In this document: one piece after another, positions 1 to 9,336 of the stretch | Position numbering within the stretch: the first letter of the stretch is position 1 | How the letters are laid out: the number at the start of each line of letters is the position of its first letter | Assembly: GCA_035389185.1 (NCBI GenBank) | Contig: DAOORK010000001.1 | Span: forward strand, 257,006 to 321,005 | Source: Candidatus Woesebacteria bacterium | GTDB taxonomy: Bacteria; Patescibacteriota; Microgenomatia; UBA1400; MFAQ01 | Direction of reading: 5' to 3' | DNA length: 64,000 bases | Program-made: the position numbers and the translations under genes | The notes under the pieces: generated by a model | The model's input: the letters and a program-made list of their open reading frames with translations, nothing else | Databases searched by the model: none | What the model was told of the DNA's origin: nothing

Positions 1-217
1 CAGAACCAAGACCCTTCGTCCCTTTCTCGCCAATTTGTAATTTTATATCTGCGTTCGAGTTTATAAGTGCTTGCATGTCAGTATTGACAGCAATAAACTC
101 AACACCTTTTATTTTCCCTGAGGAAATCATGGAGTTTACGGCGTTGTTACCGCCGCCGCCTACACCCAAAACTTTTATCTTGGCAAATGTGTTTGTGTCT
201 GGTTTAACTAGGCCCAC
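1..217 (-). CDS. ftsZ: Cell division protein FtsZ, 5' part (runs off the window start; missing from the ORF track)
   Basis: Manual translation from GTG at 217 gives [30 protein letters not shown]...[13 protein letters not shown]...[13 protein letters not shown], the FtsZ N-terminus; starts 1 nt after the ftsA stop. Confidence 0.97.
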   Translation of the reverse strand, partial: MGLVKPDTNTFAKIKVLGVGGGGNNAVNSMISSGKIKGVEFIAVNTDMQALINSNADIKLQIGEKGTKGLGS

Positions 218-218
218 T

Positions 219-1490
219 TTATGGTAAGAATGATTTGATAAACTCGATCGCTCGGCTAACAAGCTGTTTGCCGGGAATCCCCTTTATCATACCAGACAGT
301 TTAAAACTTGGAGCAGATGATTGTTCTTTATGGTGATAACCGTAAAGAGCCAGCCCTACGGCTGAAGCATAGACAGGTGAGTTTATCTCGTCGGTAAGGC
401 CATGAAGACTAGAGGGAGTTCCGATTTTGGCAGGTAACTGCATAACACGGCGACAGCTTTCGGTGCAGTTAACGGTAAGTGATCCACCACCAGTGAGGAC
501 AACTCCGGCAGGAGTGAGTCCATCAAAACCAGACTGTTTTACAACACTATTTACCAAAGAAAAGATTTCATTTAGCCTGGGGCGAATAATACCTTCAACA
601 ATAGTTTTTCGAGAGACTTTCTTCACATCTTCGGTTACTCCAAGCTTGGCAAGATCAATCTCATCAGTTGACTTTGTGTCTCCTTCTGGATCGCGACGAG
701 GTTTACCAACGTAGTGTTTAATTTTTTCGGCACTATCTACACTGATTTGCAGACCTATGGCAATATCATCGCTGATTTTCTTTGCTCCGATGGGAATAAC
801 AGATGAATAAACACAAGAACCTTCGACATAAATACAAACACTAGTTGTACCTCCTCCAATATCAACCAAAATCACTCCCAACTCTTTGTCGGTGTCAGTT
901 AGAACTGATTCGGCTGAAGCAAGTCCGGTAAAAACCAATCCGGAGACGTTTACTCCCAGTTCGTTAACGCAACGGGTAACATTTTTGATTGCCGGAGTAA
1001 GACCGGTGATTAAATGCGCTTCGGTTTCAAGGCGGACTCCGGACATACCTGTGGGATCTTTAATACCGTGCTGGCCGTCAACAATGAACTCACGTGGAAG
1101 AACATGAATAATCTCTCGAGAAGTAGGTAGGGAGACAGCTCTAGCGGCTTCAATTACTCGGAAGACATCGTCTTGACTGATTTCACCTTCCGTCTCCGTA
1201 ATGGCAACTAGTCCTTGAGAGTTTTGAGATTGAATATTTTCTCCTGAAATCGAAACGTAGGCGCTGTCCACACCAAAACCAGCCATCCTTTCGGCAGACT
1301 CAACACAATCGGTAATGGAGCTAACACATTCTTCGATATTGACAATCTGTCCGCGACGAATACCTCTACTGGTGACCGTAGCTGCTCCGACCAAGTTAAT
1401 TTTTGTGCCATCTTGATTGGGAACAGTGATAAGACAGGTGATTTTGCTAGATCCGATGTCTATTGCGTTTATTCCTTGTGGTTTTGCCAT
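219..1490 (-). CDS. ftsA: Cell division protein FtsA
   Basis: [16 protein letters not shown] and VVLTGGGS actin-like motifs; lies between ftsQ and ftsZ. Confidence 0.97.
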   Translation of the reverse strand: MAKPQGINAIDIGSSKITCLITVPNQDGTKINLVGAATVTSRGIRRGQIVNIEECVSSITDCVESAERMAGFGVDSAYVSISGENIQSQNSQGLVAITETEGEISQDDVFRVIEAARAVSLPTSREIIHVLPREFIVDGQHGIKDPTGMSGVRLETEAHLITGLTPAIKNVTRCVNELGVNVSGLVFTGLASAESVLTDTDKELGVILVDIGGGTTSVCIYVEGSCVYSSVIPIGAKKISDDIAIGLQISVDSAEKIKHYVGKPRRDPEGDTKSTDEIDLAKLGVTEDVKKVSRKTIVEGIIRPRLNEIFSLVNSVVKQSGFDGLTPAGVVLTGGGSLTVNCTESCRRVMQLPAKIGTPSSLHGLTDEINSPVYASAVGLALYGYHHKEQSSAPSFKLSGMIKGIPGKQLVSRAIEFIKSFLP

Positions 1491-1494
1491 ATGT

Positions 1495-2334
1495 TTATCT
1501 AAGGATCGGATTTTTAAAACTTAAATCGATCACTTTAGTGTCTTTTTTTATTGTAACGAGGTAGTTAAGCGATTGTAAAGCCGTCGTTACGCTTCCCTCG
1601 TCAAAGGGTACAGTTACAATGATATCAGGTTGGTCGACCGGGCTCAAGAAACAACGATTATTAATAATATAGACTTGAGATAGGTTTAAGTATTTAGAGG
1701 CAAGTTTTATCAAATCAAATATAGAGGCAATCTCTTCTGAGTCAGGCTTTTGGGTAAAAATGTAGCTAATATTGGCCCCGACTGAGGCAACAGGAGTCAT
1801 TGTGCCGTTATCCCAAAGGTTGAAACCAAGACCTTCTTTTGAGTCAAGATACTTTTGCAGTTCAACACTTGGACGAGTCCACCAACTAGCAGAGTCAGTG
1901 GTACTGGGAGCTTCATCCATTGAAAGTTTGGGTAGTTCTTGAACAAGATAGATATTGGCCTGAATAAAAGGACGAGTTCCCTGAAGTTTGACAAGTAATG
2001 TGTTGGGAAGAGTGAAACCTATACTTACTTTATCAATCGGATATGCATTTTTTACCTGGTTTATCAATCCCTTTTGGTTTATGAATAAGGAGTTCTTCCC
2101 GAGTGAACGATTCATGATGGTAATGATTTCAACGGGACAGACTTGATCATTAAGTGAACAGTTTATTTTTTTGACTACTAACAATGAATTAAGGCCCATG
2201 ACAATCACTACAATCAAAGCAACAGGCGCAATTTTCTTAAGATAGCTTAGTAGCTGGATCTTAGTTATTTTTGCCCGTCTTTCAAAACGTTTAGATGTAA
2301 TCGTGGATAATCTGAACAATCTTCTCGGTTGCAT
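1495..2334 (-). CDS. ftsQ: Divergent FtsQ/DivIB-like cell division protein
   Basis: Basic N-tail, single TM, POTRA-like segment (GKNSLFIN...LPNTLLVKL), C-terminal IDLSFKNPILR resembling the FtsQ DLRF end; position between murG and ftsA. Confidence 0.75.
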   Translation of the reverse strand: MQPRRLFRLSTITSKRFERRAKITKIQLLSYLKKIAPVALIVVIVMGLNSLLVVKKINCSLNDQVCPVEIITIMNRSLGKNSLFINQKGLINQVKNAYPIDKVSIGFTLPNTLLVKLQGTRPFIQANIYLVQELPKLSMDEAPSTTDSASWWTRPSVELQKYLDSKEGLGFNLWDNGTMTPVASVGANISYIFTQKPDSEEIASIFDLIKLASKYLNLSQVYIINNRCFLSPVDQPDIIVTVPFDEGSVTTALQSLNYLVTIKKDTKVIDLSFKNPILR

Positions 2335-3361
2335 TGGTAACTAATTTGTTAGTTGGCTTAATAGCCGCTTTTTTTGCTAAATCGATAATCGCCTTTTTTA
2401 AGACATCCGGGGTGAGATTTTTTTCTTCAAGAACTATACTGCCAATCTCTTTTTCTGCCTGTTTGGCGTTGAGATATTGCTCGTTGTGAGATACCCAAGG
2501 AATGGGAACGAGAACTGCTTTTTTACCCAGAACCATTAATTCATATACAGAGTGAGCACCGGCACGGCCAACAACAACCGAAGCAGAACGTATGTAGGTA
2601 GCTACGTCCTCAGAAAAAAAGTAAGGGGAATAAATGTAACGATCTTTATACTCTCCCAATTTTTCTTTGATACGACGGGCTCGATCTGAGTCTTTGGTAA
2701 GAGTACTGGCACCAGTTTGATGAACGACAGTAAAATGTTTGGTGAGATCAGGAATAATGGGGAAAAGTGCTTTATTGATGATGTGGGAGCCTTGTTTACC
2801 GCAGGATATATATATTAGTTTGGGATCATATTTTTTGGTGTATTTGTTACTGAGTAGCTCTTTCCGAACCGGGAGACCAACAACAATAGATTTTTCTTTG
2901 GGGAAATTAGGTAAAGATGATTTAAAAGAAAGCAGTATTTTTTTGACGAATGGAGAAATAGCCTTATTGGCCCAACCGGAAATGACGGTTTGTTCGTGAG
3001 TAATTGCAGGAATGCCTAAAACCCAGCCGGAGATGACTACAGGTACTGACAGATAACCACCTGAAGCATAAATTAGTTTTGGTCTGTATTTTAGAAGGTA
3101 AATAAAGGCCTGAAAAAACCCAAAAACAATTTTTATCCATTCCAAGGGATCAAACTTTTTATAAAATCTTCCGGCTTTGAGTTCTAAGAAACGAAATCCT
3201 GCCCGAGTTACTTCCTGATACTCGGCTGAAAGGGATTTGTCTCCTCGAAAATTGAATTTATGACCGATCCAGATAATAGGATAGCCTTCTTTGTGTAAGG
3301 CTTTGGCTACTTCAAGAGCACTGTTATGGTGTCCACCAGTGAAGACAATTAATGATTTCAT
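2291..3361 (-). CDS. murG: MurG, lipid II GlcNAc transferase (GT28)
   Basis: TGGH, GGYLSVP, HEQ, GLPVR, GKQGS, RAGA and NEQYLNA motifs. Confidence 0.93.
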   Translation of the reverse strand: MKSLIVFTGGHHNSALEVAKALHKEGYPIIWIGHKFNFRGDKSLSAEYQEVTRAGFRFLELKAGRFYKKFDPLEWIKIVFGFFQAFIYLLKYRPKLIYASGGYLSVPVVISGWVLGIPAITHEQTVISGWANKAISPFVKKILLSFKSSLPNFPKEKSIVVGLPVRKELLSNKYTKKYDPKLIYISCGKQGSHIINKALFPIIPDLTKHFTVVHQTGASTLTKDSDRARRIKEKLGEYKDRYIYSPYFFSEDVATYIRSASVVVGRAGAHSVYELMVLGKKAVLVPIPWVSHNEQYLNAKQAEKEIGSIVLEEKNLTPDVLKKAIIDLAKKAAIKPTNKLVTNATEKIVQIIHDYI

Positions 3362-4437
3362 GTTCGTTTTGCAATATTAATAAGCAGTCCTAAGGCAATA
3401 AAGTTGGTCACTAATGACGATCCCCCATAAGAAATGAACGGAAGCGGGACACCTGTAAGGGGAACTAAGGCAACCATAGAACTTAAATTGACAAAGATCT
3501 GGATAAGAAACATCAAAGAGATACTGCTTGCTAGTAGCTTATCAAATTTATCATTAACATTCACGGCAACTTTAAATGAGGCCATCAACAAACCAAACAT
3601 AATAGCAATAAAGATTGCACTTCCCAAGAAGCCAAACTCTTCAGCAATAATGGCAAAAATTGAGTCTGTGGTTGCCTCGGGAAGATAGGCATATTTTTGT
3701 CGGGATTTGCCAAGGCCAACTCCATTTAGACCCCCCGAACCGAGGCTGTAAAGGATTTGATTAATATGATAAGAAGAACCAAGAGGGTCGGTTGTCGGGT
3801 CCATAAAAGTTTTTAGACGGTTGAGACGGTATGGAGAAACGAGAATTAAAGTACTGATGCCCAAAAGCAAAATAAAACAAAAGGTAATAATATCTTTGCT
3901 TCGAGCTCCGGATAGGTAAAAGACCATAAAAGACACGCCGGCAATAATTAGAGCAGTGCCCAGATCGGGCTGAAGCATAATTAAACCAAGATTGAGTGAT
4001 AGTAGAATCAAAAATTGTTTGAGGCTGTGTTCTGTTTCCATCCATTTGGCTAAATAAATGGCAAGAGTGATTTTTAACAGTTCTGAAGGCTGAATCACAG
4101 TAATTCCTATATCGATCCAGCGTCGAGCACCGAGATATTTTGAACCAATACCGGGGATAAGGACAAGAAACATAAAAAGTAAAGTGATCCCATAAAAAAT
4201 GTGAGCATTTTTTTTGAATATCTGCATAGGAATATTGGCTGTAATCACGGCAACGACAACACCAATACAAATCCATAGTGCCTGCTGTTTGACGTAATGA
4301 TACTTATCGCCAAAAGTCCTGAAGGCGTCGATTACTGAGGCGTCATAAATGGCGATCAAACCAAAACAGGCAACAAGCACGCCAATCAAGAGGATAGTAA
4401 AAGGGAGGCGATTATGATGGCCTTGGGGGCGATGCAT
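3358..4437 (-). CDS. ftsW: FtsW, SEDS peptidoglycan polymerase
   Basis: GARRWI, QPSELLK, QPDLGT, LPEATTDSIFAIIAEEFG, LPFISYGGSSL. Confidence 0.95.
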   Translation of the reverse strand: MHRPQGHHNRLPFTILLIGVLVACFGLIAIYDASVIDAFRTFGDKYHYVKQQALWICIGVVVAVITANIPMQIFKKNAHIFYGITLLFMFLVLIPGIGSKYLGARRWIDIGITVIQPSELLKITLAIYLAKWMETEHSLKQFLILLSLNLGLIMLQPDLGTALIIAGVSFMVFYLSGARSKDIITFCFILLLGISTLILVSPYRLNRLKTFMDPTTDPLGSSYHINQILYSLGSGGLNGVGLGKSRQKYAYLPEATTDSIFAIIAEEFGFLGSAIFIAIMFGLLMASFKVAVNVNDKFDKLLASSISLMFLIQIFVNLSSMVALVPLTGVPLPFISYGGSSLVTNFIALGLLINIAKRT

Positions 4438-4440
4438 AAT

Positions 4441-5466
4441 TTATATGATAGCTAACCAGATTCCGAAAATGACAAGCATAATAGCAACAAGCCAAGTTCT
4501 TTGAACAATTTTTGGTTCGGTCCAACCAATCTTTAGAAGGTAATAATGAAGAGGTGCGATAGGAAGAAGACGACGATGGAGTATTTTTACCCCCAAAATC
4601 TGAACCAAACTACTAAAACCGTTAATCAAAAATGGTAGTCCTATTATCAATAGTGCTATCACCTTGCCGGTTAACAGACCAACTGTAGCAAAAGTGGCAC
4701 CGAAGGCAAGAGCACCAACATCCCCCATAAAAAGACGAGCCGGATAGACATTGAAATAGAGGAAAGCAATTAGGCCGCCAAGCCAAAGAGCAATAAAGAT
4801 AGAAAGAGGTGTATCGAGGATAGATGTTGACAGAAGAAGAAAACCAAAGAGACTTATCATCAACAACCCTGGAGCAAGACCATCCATACCATCGGTAATG
4901 TTGACACAATTGGCAAAAGCAACAATAAGAAAAGCAGCAATTGGTACAAACCAAAAACCAAAGTGAATCACCCCCAAGAAGGGAATGTGAATGATATCGA
5001 TACCCAAGTTAAGGTACATCAGAGCACCGATAATTAATCCGAGAATGGCTTGCAGAATAAACTTGTATCGCGTTTTTAGGCCAGTGTACCCCTGTTCTCT
5101 ATCTAGTTCAAAAAACTTGACGACATCATCGTAAAGTCCGAGCAAACCAAAAGAAATAAAGGTGAAAAATATCACGTTTATTTCATCATTGATGGGATAA
5201 ACATGAGTGATTTCAAAACCCAGTTTTCGAAGACCAGGCATCATGAAGGCAAAAATCAATGATGTTATGGTGAGAATCAACAAACCACCGCCTTCGGGTG
5301 TGCGAGCTTTGGAACGAATATGAGTTGAGGCTTCGTCTACTTTTTCTTTGGAAATTGCGGTTTTGTTTTTGAAAAATTTAAATCGATAGAGAAGATTAAT
5401 AAAAGGCACTAAAACAAGTGAGTGAACGATAAAAGAGAAGATCAAGATACCAAGAAGTAAATCCAT
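4441..5466 (-). CDS. mraY: MraY, phospho-MurNAc-pentapeptide translocase (divergent)
   Basis: GLYDD, NITDGMDGLA, FNVYPARLFMGDVG, APLH; dcw context. Confidence 0.9.
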   Translation of the reverse strand: MDLLLGILIFSFIVHSLVLVPFINLLYRFKFFKNKTAISKEKVDEASTHIRSKARTPEGGGLLILTITSLIFAFMMPGLRKLGFEITHVYPINDEINVIFFTFISFGLLGLYDDVVKFFELDREQGYTGLKTRYKFILQAILGLIIGALMYLNLGIDIIHIPFLGVIHFGFWFVPIAAFLIVAFANCVNITDGMDGLAPGLLMISLFGFLLLSTSILDTPLSIFIALWLGGLIAFLYFNVYPARLFMGDVGALAFGATFATVGLLTGKVIALLIIGLPFLINGFSSLVQILGVKILHRRLLPIAPLHYYLLKIGWTEPKIVQRTWLVAIMLVIFGIWLAII

Positions 5467-5467
5467 T

Positions 5468-5836
5468 TTAAAAAGAACTTAATATTTTTGGCAAGAAAAT
5501 AATAAGGCCAATAATAATCGAAAGCCCTGCCGATATTAAAACCATGGCTGCAGCAACATCTTTGGCGGTTTTGGCATCGACTCTTTTTTCTAAAGTAATA
5601 AGGTCGACCATGGCCTCAATGGCCGTGTTGACTAACTCTGCGACCAGTACCATGTTGATGGTAAAGACTAAGATGAGCCATTCAACAAAACTGATGGAAA
5701 AATACACCCCCAAAAGGATAACAGCAATTGTTGCTAACAAATGAAATCTAAAATTAGGCTGAGTACGAATAGCGTATAGAAAACCGTCAAAGGCATGTCT
5801 GAAACTTACTTTATGTCTCCGTAGAGGATTGTACAT
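5468..5836 (-). CDS. dgkA: DgkA-family undecaprenol/diacylglycerol kinase
   Basis: SFRHAFDG, QPNFRFH, ELVNTAIEAMVD, AKDVAAA (DAGK_prokar signature). Confidence 0.9.
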   Translation of the reverse strand: MYNPLRRHKVSFRHAFDGFLYAIRTQPNFRFHLLATIAVILLGVYFSISFVEWLILVFTINMVLVAELVNTAIEAMVDLITLEKRVDAKTAKDVAAAMVLISAGLSIIIGLIIFLPKILSSF

Positions 5837-5845
5837 ATTTAGTCT

Positions 5846-5854
5846 ATTTTACCA
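5846..5854 (-). promoter_or_regulatory. Extended -10 element (TGgTAAAAT) upstream of dgkA; internal dcw promoter
   Basis: TGGTAAAAT 9 nt before the dgkA ATG, within the 27-nt ftsI-dgkA gap. Confidence 0.5.
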
Positions 5855-5863
5855 GTGTTAGAG

Positions 5864-7540
5864 CTAAAGCATAAGTTGTTTGGCAATAGAGAACCAAAGT
5901 GGGGCGGCAGTTTCCGAACCCCAAGGAGAAGTTTGCGGCTCTCTTAGGGTAACCAGCATGGTGTATTGAGGGTCGTTGGCTGGAAAAAAACCAACGAAAC
6001 TGGCAATAGTTTTTTCCGGATCGTAATGACCTTCGATGGGGATTTGGGCAGTACCTGTTTTTCCGGCAATAGAAATGCCTTGGGGTTTGGCCCATTTTGA
6101 CTCTCCTCGGTCAACAGCCTGAACCATGATCTGAGTCATGTCCGAAACAGACTCGGGAGTGAGAACTCGCCTTAACTTTCCTGTTTCACCCTCAATCACA
6201 GTTGGTTTAATGTAGTTACCTCCGTTGGCAATAGTATTGACTGCAGCTATCATTTGTATTGGAGTAACGGCAATTCCCTGACCAAATGAGTTGGTTGCCA
6301 AATCAATATCACCATATTCTTTTGCATCACGAAGACTTCCTGACACCTCCTCCTGTTGCTGAATACCAGTCTTTTCACCCAAACCATAGTTTTTCAGATA
6401 CTCGACAAATTTTTCTTTGCCTAGCTTTCTGGCAACAAAAACCATACCCGTGTTATCTGAGTTAATGATGACGTCGGTCATGGAAGAATTGGGGTGATAA
6501 ACCTCATTCCAAGTCTTAATTGCATATTTGCCAATTACTAAAGGTCCGGAGCAAATATCGCACTGTGTGTCCGGAGTAACCAACTTTTCATTTAGACCAG
6601 CGGCCATAATTAAAACTTTAAAAATTGAGCCTGGTTCAAATAGATCGGCAACGTTGGGATTTTTGTAGTATGTATTGGGATATTCTGAAAATTTGCCTGG
6701 GTCATAGTTTGGGAACGAGGCCATGGCTCTAATTTTGCCCGTTTTTGTCTCTAGAACAATAACGTTACCTGCTTGAGCCTGATATTTTGCCAAACCCTCT
6801 TTAAGCATATTTTCGGTGAGATACTGAATTTTTTTGCTGATCGTGGTGGTAATGGGTTTTCCTTCAATGGTGTGAAGAAACTGATAATTTCCAATGAGAA
6901 TTGGATTACCTTTGGCATCTTGCTCTGTTCGAATTTTGCCGCCCCTCCCTTTTAAGAGACGATCTCCATACCCTTCAAGACCAAAGTAGCCCTGTTCTTC
7001 ACCGCTAATATCCTGGCCAACAAAACCGAGAATGTGAGCCGACATACTGGACTCTGGATAATATCGAACAAATTCATCCTCGAATCCCAAACCAACGATG
7101 TTGAGCTTTTCAATTCTGTCTTTTGCATCCGGACTGACATAGTGTTGTAACGAGACCCAGTTCGAGTCTAGTGAAAGTCTATCTTTAAGATAACTACGAA
7201 TATCGGAGTCGGTAGTTGCTTCAGGATCTTTGTCGAGATTTTCTATTAGTTTTTCGACCAAATCGTTATCACTTATTTCTAACTGAGGTTTGTAAACATA
7301 AAGGTGATATAGATTCTTTGTTCCGGCAAGAATGTTACCTTCGAAATCGAGGATATTACCTCTTTTAGCCTCGAGATAGGTGGTTGTTTCGTGTTGTTTA
7401 CTCGCTTTTGTTTGAAGTTCCGGACCACGAATAATCTGCCAGTAAAATAAGCGAAGCAAAATAATTAAACCAATAAAAGGAACAAGAACAATGACTATTC
7501 TTAGTCTTTTTTGGATAACGTTACCCGAGTTTGTGAACAT
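5864..7540 (-). CDS. ftsI: FtsI/PBP3, class B penicillin-binding protein
   Basis: RGNILD, RYYP, GLEG, EPGSIFK (SxxK), SDN (SxN), KTGTAQ. Confidence 0.95.
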   Translation of the reverse strand: MFTNSGNVIQKRLRIVIVLVPFIGLIILLRLFYWQIIRGPELQTKASKQHETTTYLEAKRGNILDFEGNILAGTKNLYHLYVYKPQLEISDNDLVEKLIENLDKDPEATTDSDIRSYLKDRLSLDSNWVSLQHYVSPDAKDRIEKLNIVGLGFEDEFVRYYPESSMSAHILGFVGQDISGEEQGYFGLEGYGDRLLKGRGGKIRTEQDAKGNPILIGNYQFLHTIEGKPITTTISKKIQYLTENMLKEGLAKYQAQAGNVIVLETKTGKIRAMASFPNYDPGKFSEYPNTYYKNPNVADLFEPGSIFKVLIMAAGLNEKLVTPDTQCDICSGPLVIGKYAIKTWNEVYHPNSSMTDVIINSDNTGMVFVARKLGKEKFVEYLKNYGLGEKTGIQQQEEVSGSLRDAKEYGDIDLATNSFGQGIAVTPIQMIAAVNTIANGGNYIKPTVIEGETGKLRRVLTPESVSDMTQIMVQAVDRGESKWAKPQGISIAGKTGTAQIPIEGHYDPEKTIASFVGFFPANDPQYTMLVTLREPQTSPWGSETAAPLWFSIAKQLML

Positions 7541-7543
7541 TGA

Positions 7544-7852
7544 TTATCTTTGGGCGAAGGTTGGCGGAGTGGGAACAAAGACGATGTTTTTGGATCGGAC
7601 AAAACCACGATTCTCAGCTAGAGCTTCAATATTTTTAAGTTGGGTGGCCTCTTCGATCTTAACAGATAAAATTTGATTTTCCTTTTCTAGCTTGATCGTT
7701 TTTGTATCGATTTCGCCTACAGTTACACCTTCTGTGGCTAAAGCATTCGTGCCGATTAAGTTGATGGCTACAACTCCGGCAAAAATTACTGCCGTAAAAG
7801 CAAAGGCAGTTTGAGTATTAATTAATTTTTTTAGCGATCCTAAGTTTGGCAC
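7544..7852 (-). CDS. ftsL: FtsL-like cell division protein
   Basis: Single TM followed by coiled coil (LEKENQILSVKIEE...IEALAENRGF); between rsmH and ftsI; GTG start overlapping rsmH. Confidence 0.7.
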   Translation of the reverse strand: MPNLGSLKKLINTQTAFAFTAVIFAGVVAINLIGTNALATEGVTVGEIDTKTIKLEKENQILSVKIEEATQLKNIEALAENRGFVRSKNIVFVPTPPTFAQR

Positions 7853-8744
7853 TTCTAGTTCTTGGACTGATTGATAATTCAGATAACGACGGAACGATCG
7901 GTTTTTCGGTAATAGCGCTTAGCACTCCCTTGTCCTCTTCTGCCTTAATAAAATCCTTAATTAATTTGTCTTCTCCGGAATGGAAACTAATAATGCCTAT
8001 CTGGCCACTCTTTTTAAGAAGCAAGGGTAGCTGGGGTAAGAGCAGGTGGATATTTTCCCTTTCAAGATTGACAACCATTCTAAGAGCCATAAAGACCTGA
8101 GTCGCGGGATGAATTCTTCCTGAACGACTTCTTTTGACTCTCTGGACAATATCGGCTAACTGTTTGGTGGTTTTTATTGGGTTAATACTTCTTTGTTTGA
8201 CGATGATGCGGGCAAGAGGTTTGGCGAATGGTTCATCACCAAGAGCAAAGAGATCAGCTAGTTCTCCTTCATTTAGAACAGCCAATAGATCTGCGGCAGT
8301 AACACCCAGATCTTTCGTTAGTCGCATGTCTAATGGTTCATCCATACTGAAGCTGAATCCTCGGTCGGGAGAAAGAATTTGATATTGGGAAGGTCCCAGA
8401 TCAACCATGACACCGTCAAACGACGGTAGTGCAAGTTTTTGAACGATCTCCGAAACTTTGGTGAAATTACCTCGAACAACTATCCAATTGAAATCTTTGG
8501 GAGCAGGAAGGGTAATATTCTCCGATTCAAAAATAAGAGGTGAGAATTTTTCGGGTACAAAACCAACAGCTCTTTTGATTGCCTCAATGTCAATATCAAA
8601 CGAAACAACACGACAACCGGCTTCTAGAGCTTCTTGTGTGTGTCCTCCGTCACCGAGAGTGAGATCTAAGAAAAGATATCCTTTCTTAAAACCGTAGAGT
8701 TTGGATAGTTCACCCTTGTAGGCGGAAAAATGTCTTTCTATCAT
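7818..8744 (-). CDS. rsmH: 16S rRNA m4C1402 methyltransferase RsmH (MraW)
   Basis: DLTLGDGGHT, DLG, RGFSF, PLDMR, IHPATQVFMALR, ISFHSGED, RSAKLR. Confidence 0.96.
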   Translation of the reverse strand: MIERHFSAYKGELSKLYGFKKGYLFLDLTLGDGGHTQEALEAGCRVVSFDIDIEAIKRAVGFVPEKFSPLIFESENITLPAPKDFNWIVVRGNFTKVSEIVQKLALPSFDGVMVDLGPSQYQILSPDRGFSFSMDEPLDMRLTKDLGVTAADLLAVLNEGELADLFALGDEPFAKPLARIIVKQRSINPIKTTKQLADIVQRVKRSRSGRIHPATQVFMALRMVVNLERENIHLLLPQLPLLLKKSGQIGIISFHSGEDKLIKDFIKAEEDKGVLSAITEKPIVPSLSELSISPRTRSAKLRIAKKIN

Positions 8745-9172
8745 ATATTGAGTTCGGCTAAGCCTTGATCGGCCTGGCTGATGGTTTGCGCTATTAAGTC
8801 AAGGTGCTGATGATAGGCGTCACGATCCCAAATCTCGATGCGATTAAGGGTTCCGGCGACTACCACCTGTTTTTTGATATTGGCTTGATCTCTGAGATAC
8901 TCCGGAATCAAGGTTCTCCCTTGGCTGTCGAGATTCAAGTCGACTGCTGACTGTACCAAGAGACGAGTTAAATTCCTGGCCGCCGGATTGGTCAGGGAAA
9001 GCGAGGCCAGCTTTTCGGAGAGCTTCTGCCAGTATGATTTGGGGAAAAGAAACAGACACCCATCGAGACCCCAGGTGATGACGCCACCTGATGTCAGTTC
9101 TTCCCGAAAAGACTGGGGAATAGCTAGTCTCCCCTTGGTCTCTAGATTGTGGTAGTAGCGTCCAGTAAACAT
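8741..9172 (-). CDS. mraZ: Transcriptional regulator MraZ
   Basis: KGRLAIP and DSQGRTLIP AbrB-like repeats, RIEIWD; first gene of dcw. Confidence 0.96.
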   Translation of the reverse strand: MFTGRYYHNLETKGRLAIPQSFREELTSGGVITWGLDGCLFLFPKSYWQKLSEKLASLSLTNPAARNLTRLLVQSAVDLNLDSQGRTLIPEYLRDQANIKKQVVVAGTLNRIEIWDRDAYHQHLDLIAQTISQADQGLAELNI

Positions 9173-9214
9173 AATTCATATTGGCAGGCTTCAAAGTGGT
9201 ATTTATAGGATACT

Positions 9215-9232
9215 TCACCACTCATCACCACT
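9215..9232 (-). promoter_or_regulatory. Candidate MraZ (DCW) boxes
   Basis: AGTGGTGA direct repeat x2 with 10-nt period just downstream of the -10, matching the GTGG-N6 spacing of MraZ operators; an inverted copy of AAAGTGGT lies at 9193-9200. Confidence 0.65.
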
Positions 9233-9236
9233 TTTC

Positions 9237-9265
9237 AGTATGATACACAATATATACGATGTCAA
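9237..9265 (-). promoter_or_regulatory. Sigma70 promoter of the dcw operon
   Basis: TTGACA (9265-9260), 17-nt spacer, CATACT (9242-9237). Confidence 0.75.
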
Positions 9266-9285
9266 GGGGTGTGTAAAGGGGTGTG

Positions 9286-9316
9286 AAAAAGCAAAAGCCC
9301 TCCTTTCGAAGGGCTT
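9286..9316 (-). terminator. Rho-independent terminator after the lipoprotein gene
   Basis: AAGCCCTTC-GAAA-GGAGGGCTT hairpin (GNRA loop, one G-U pair) followed by TTGCTTTTT. Confidence 0.85.
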
Positions 9317-9336
9317 GAAAATAATTTACAAATTAC

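Noticed and set aside
3761-4276. 171-aa alternative-frame ORF inside ftsW (similar cases at 8844-9221, 11899-12390, 29529-29903)
   Set aside because: Nested in or almost wholly overlapping well-supported genes, with off-frame composition
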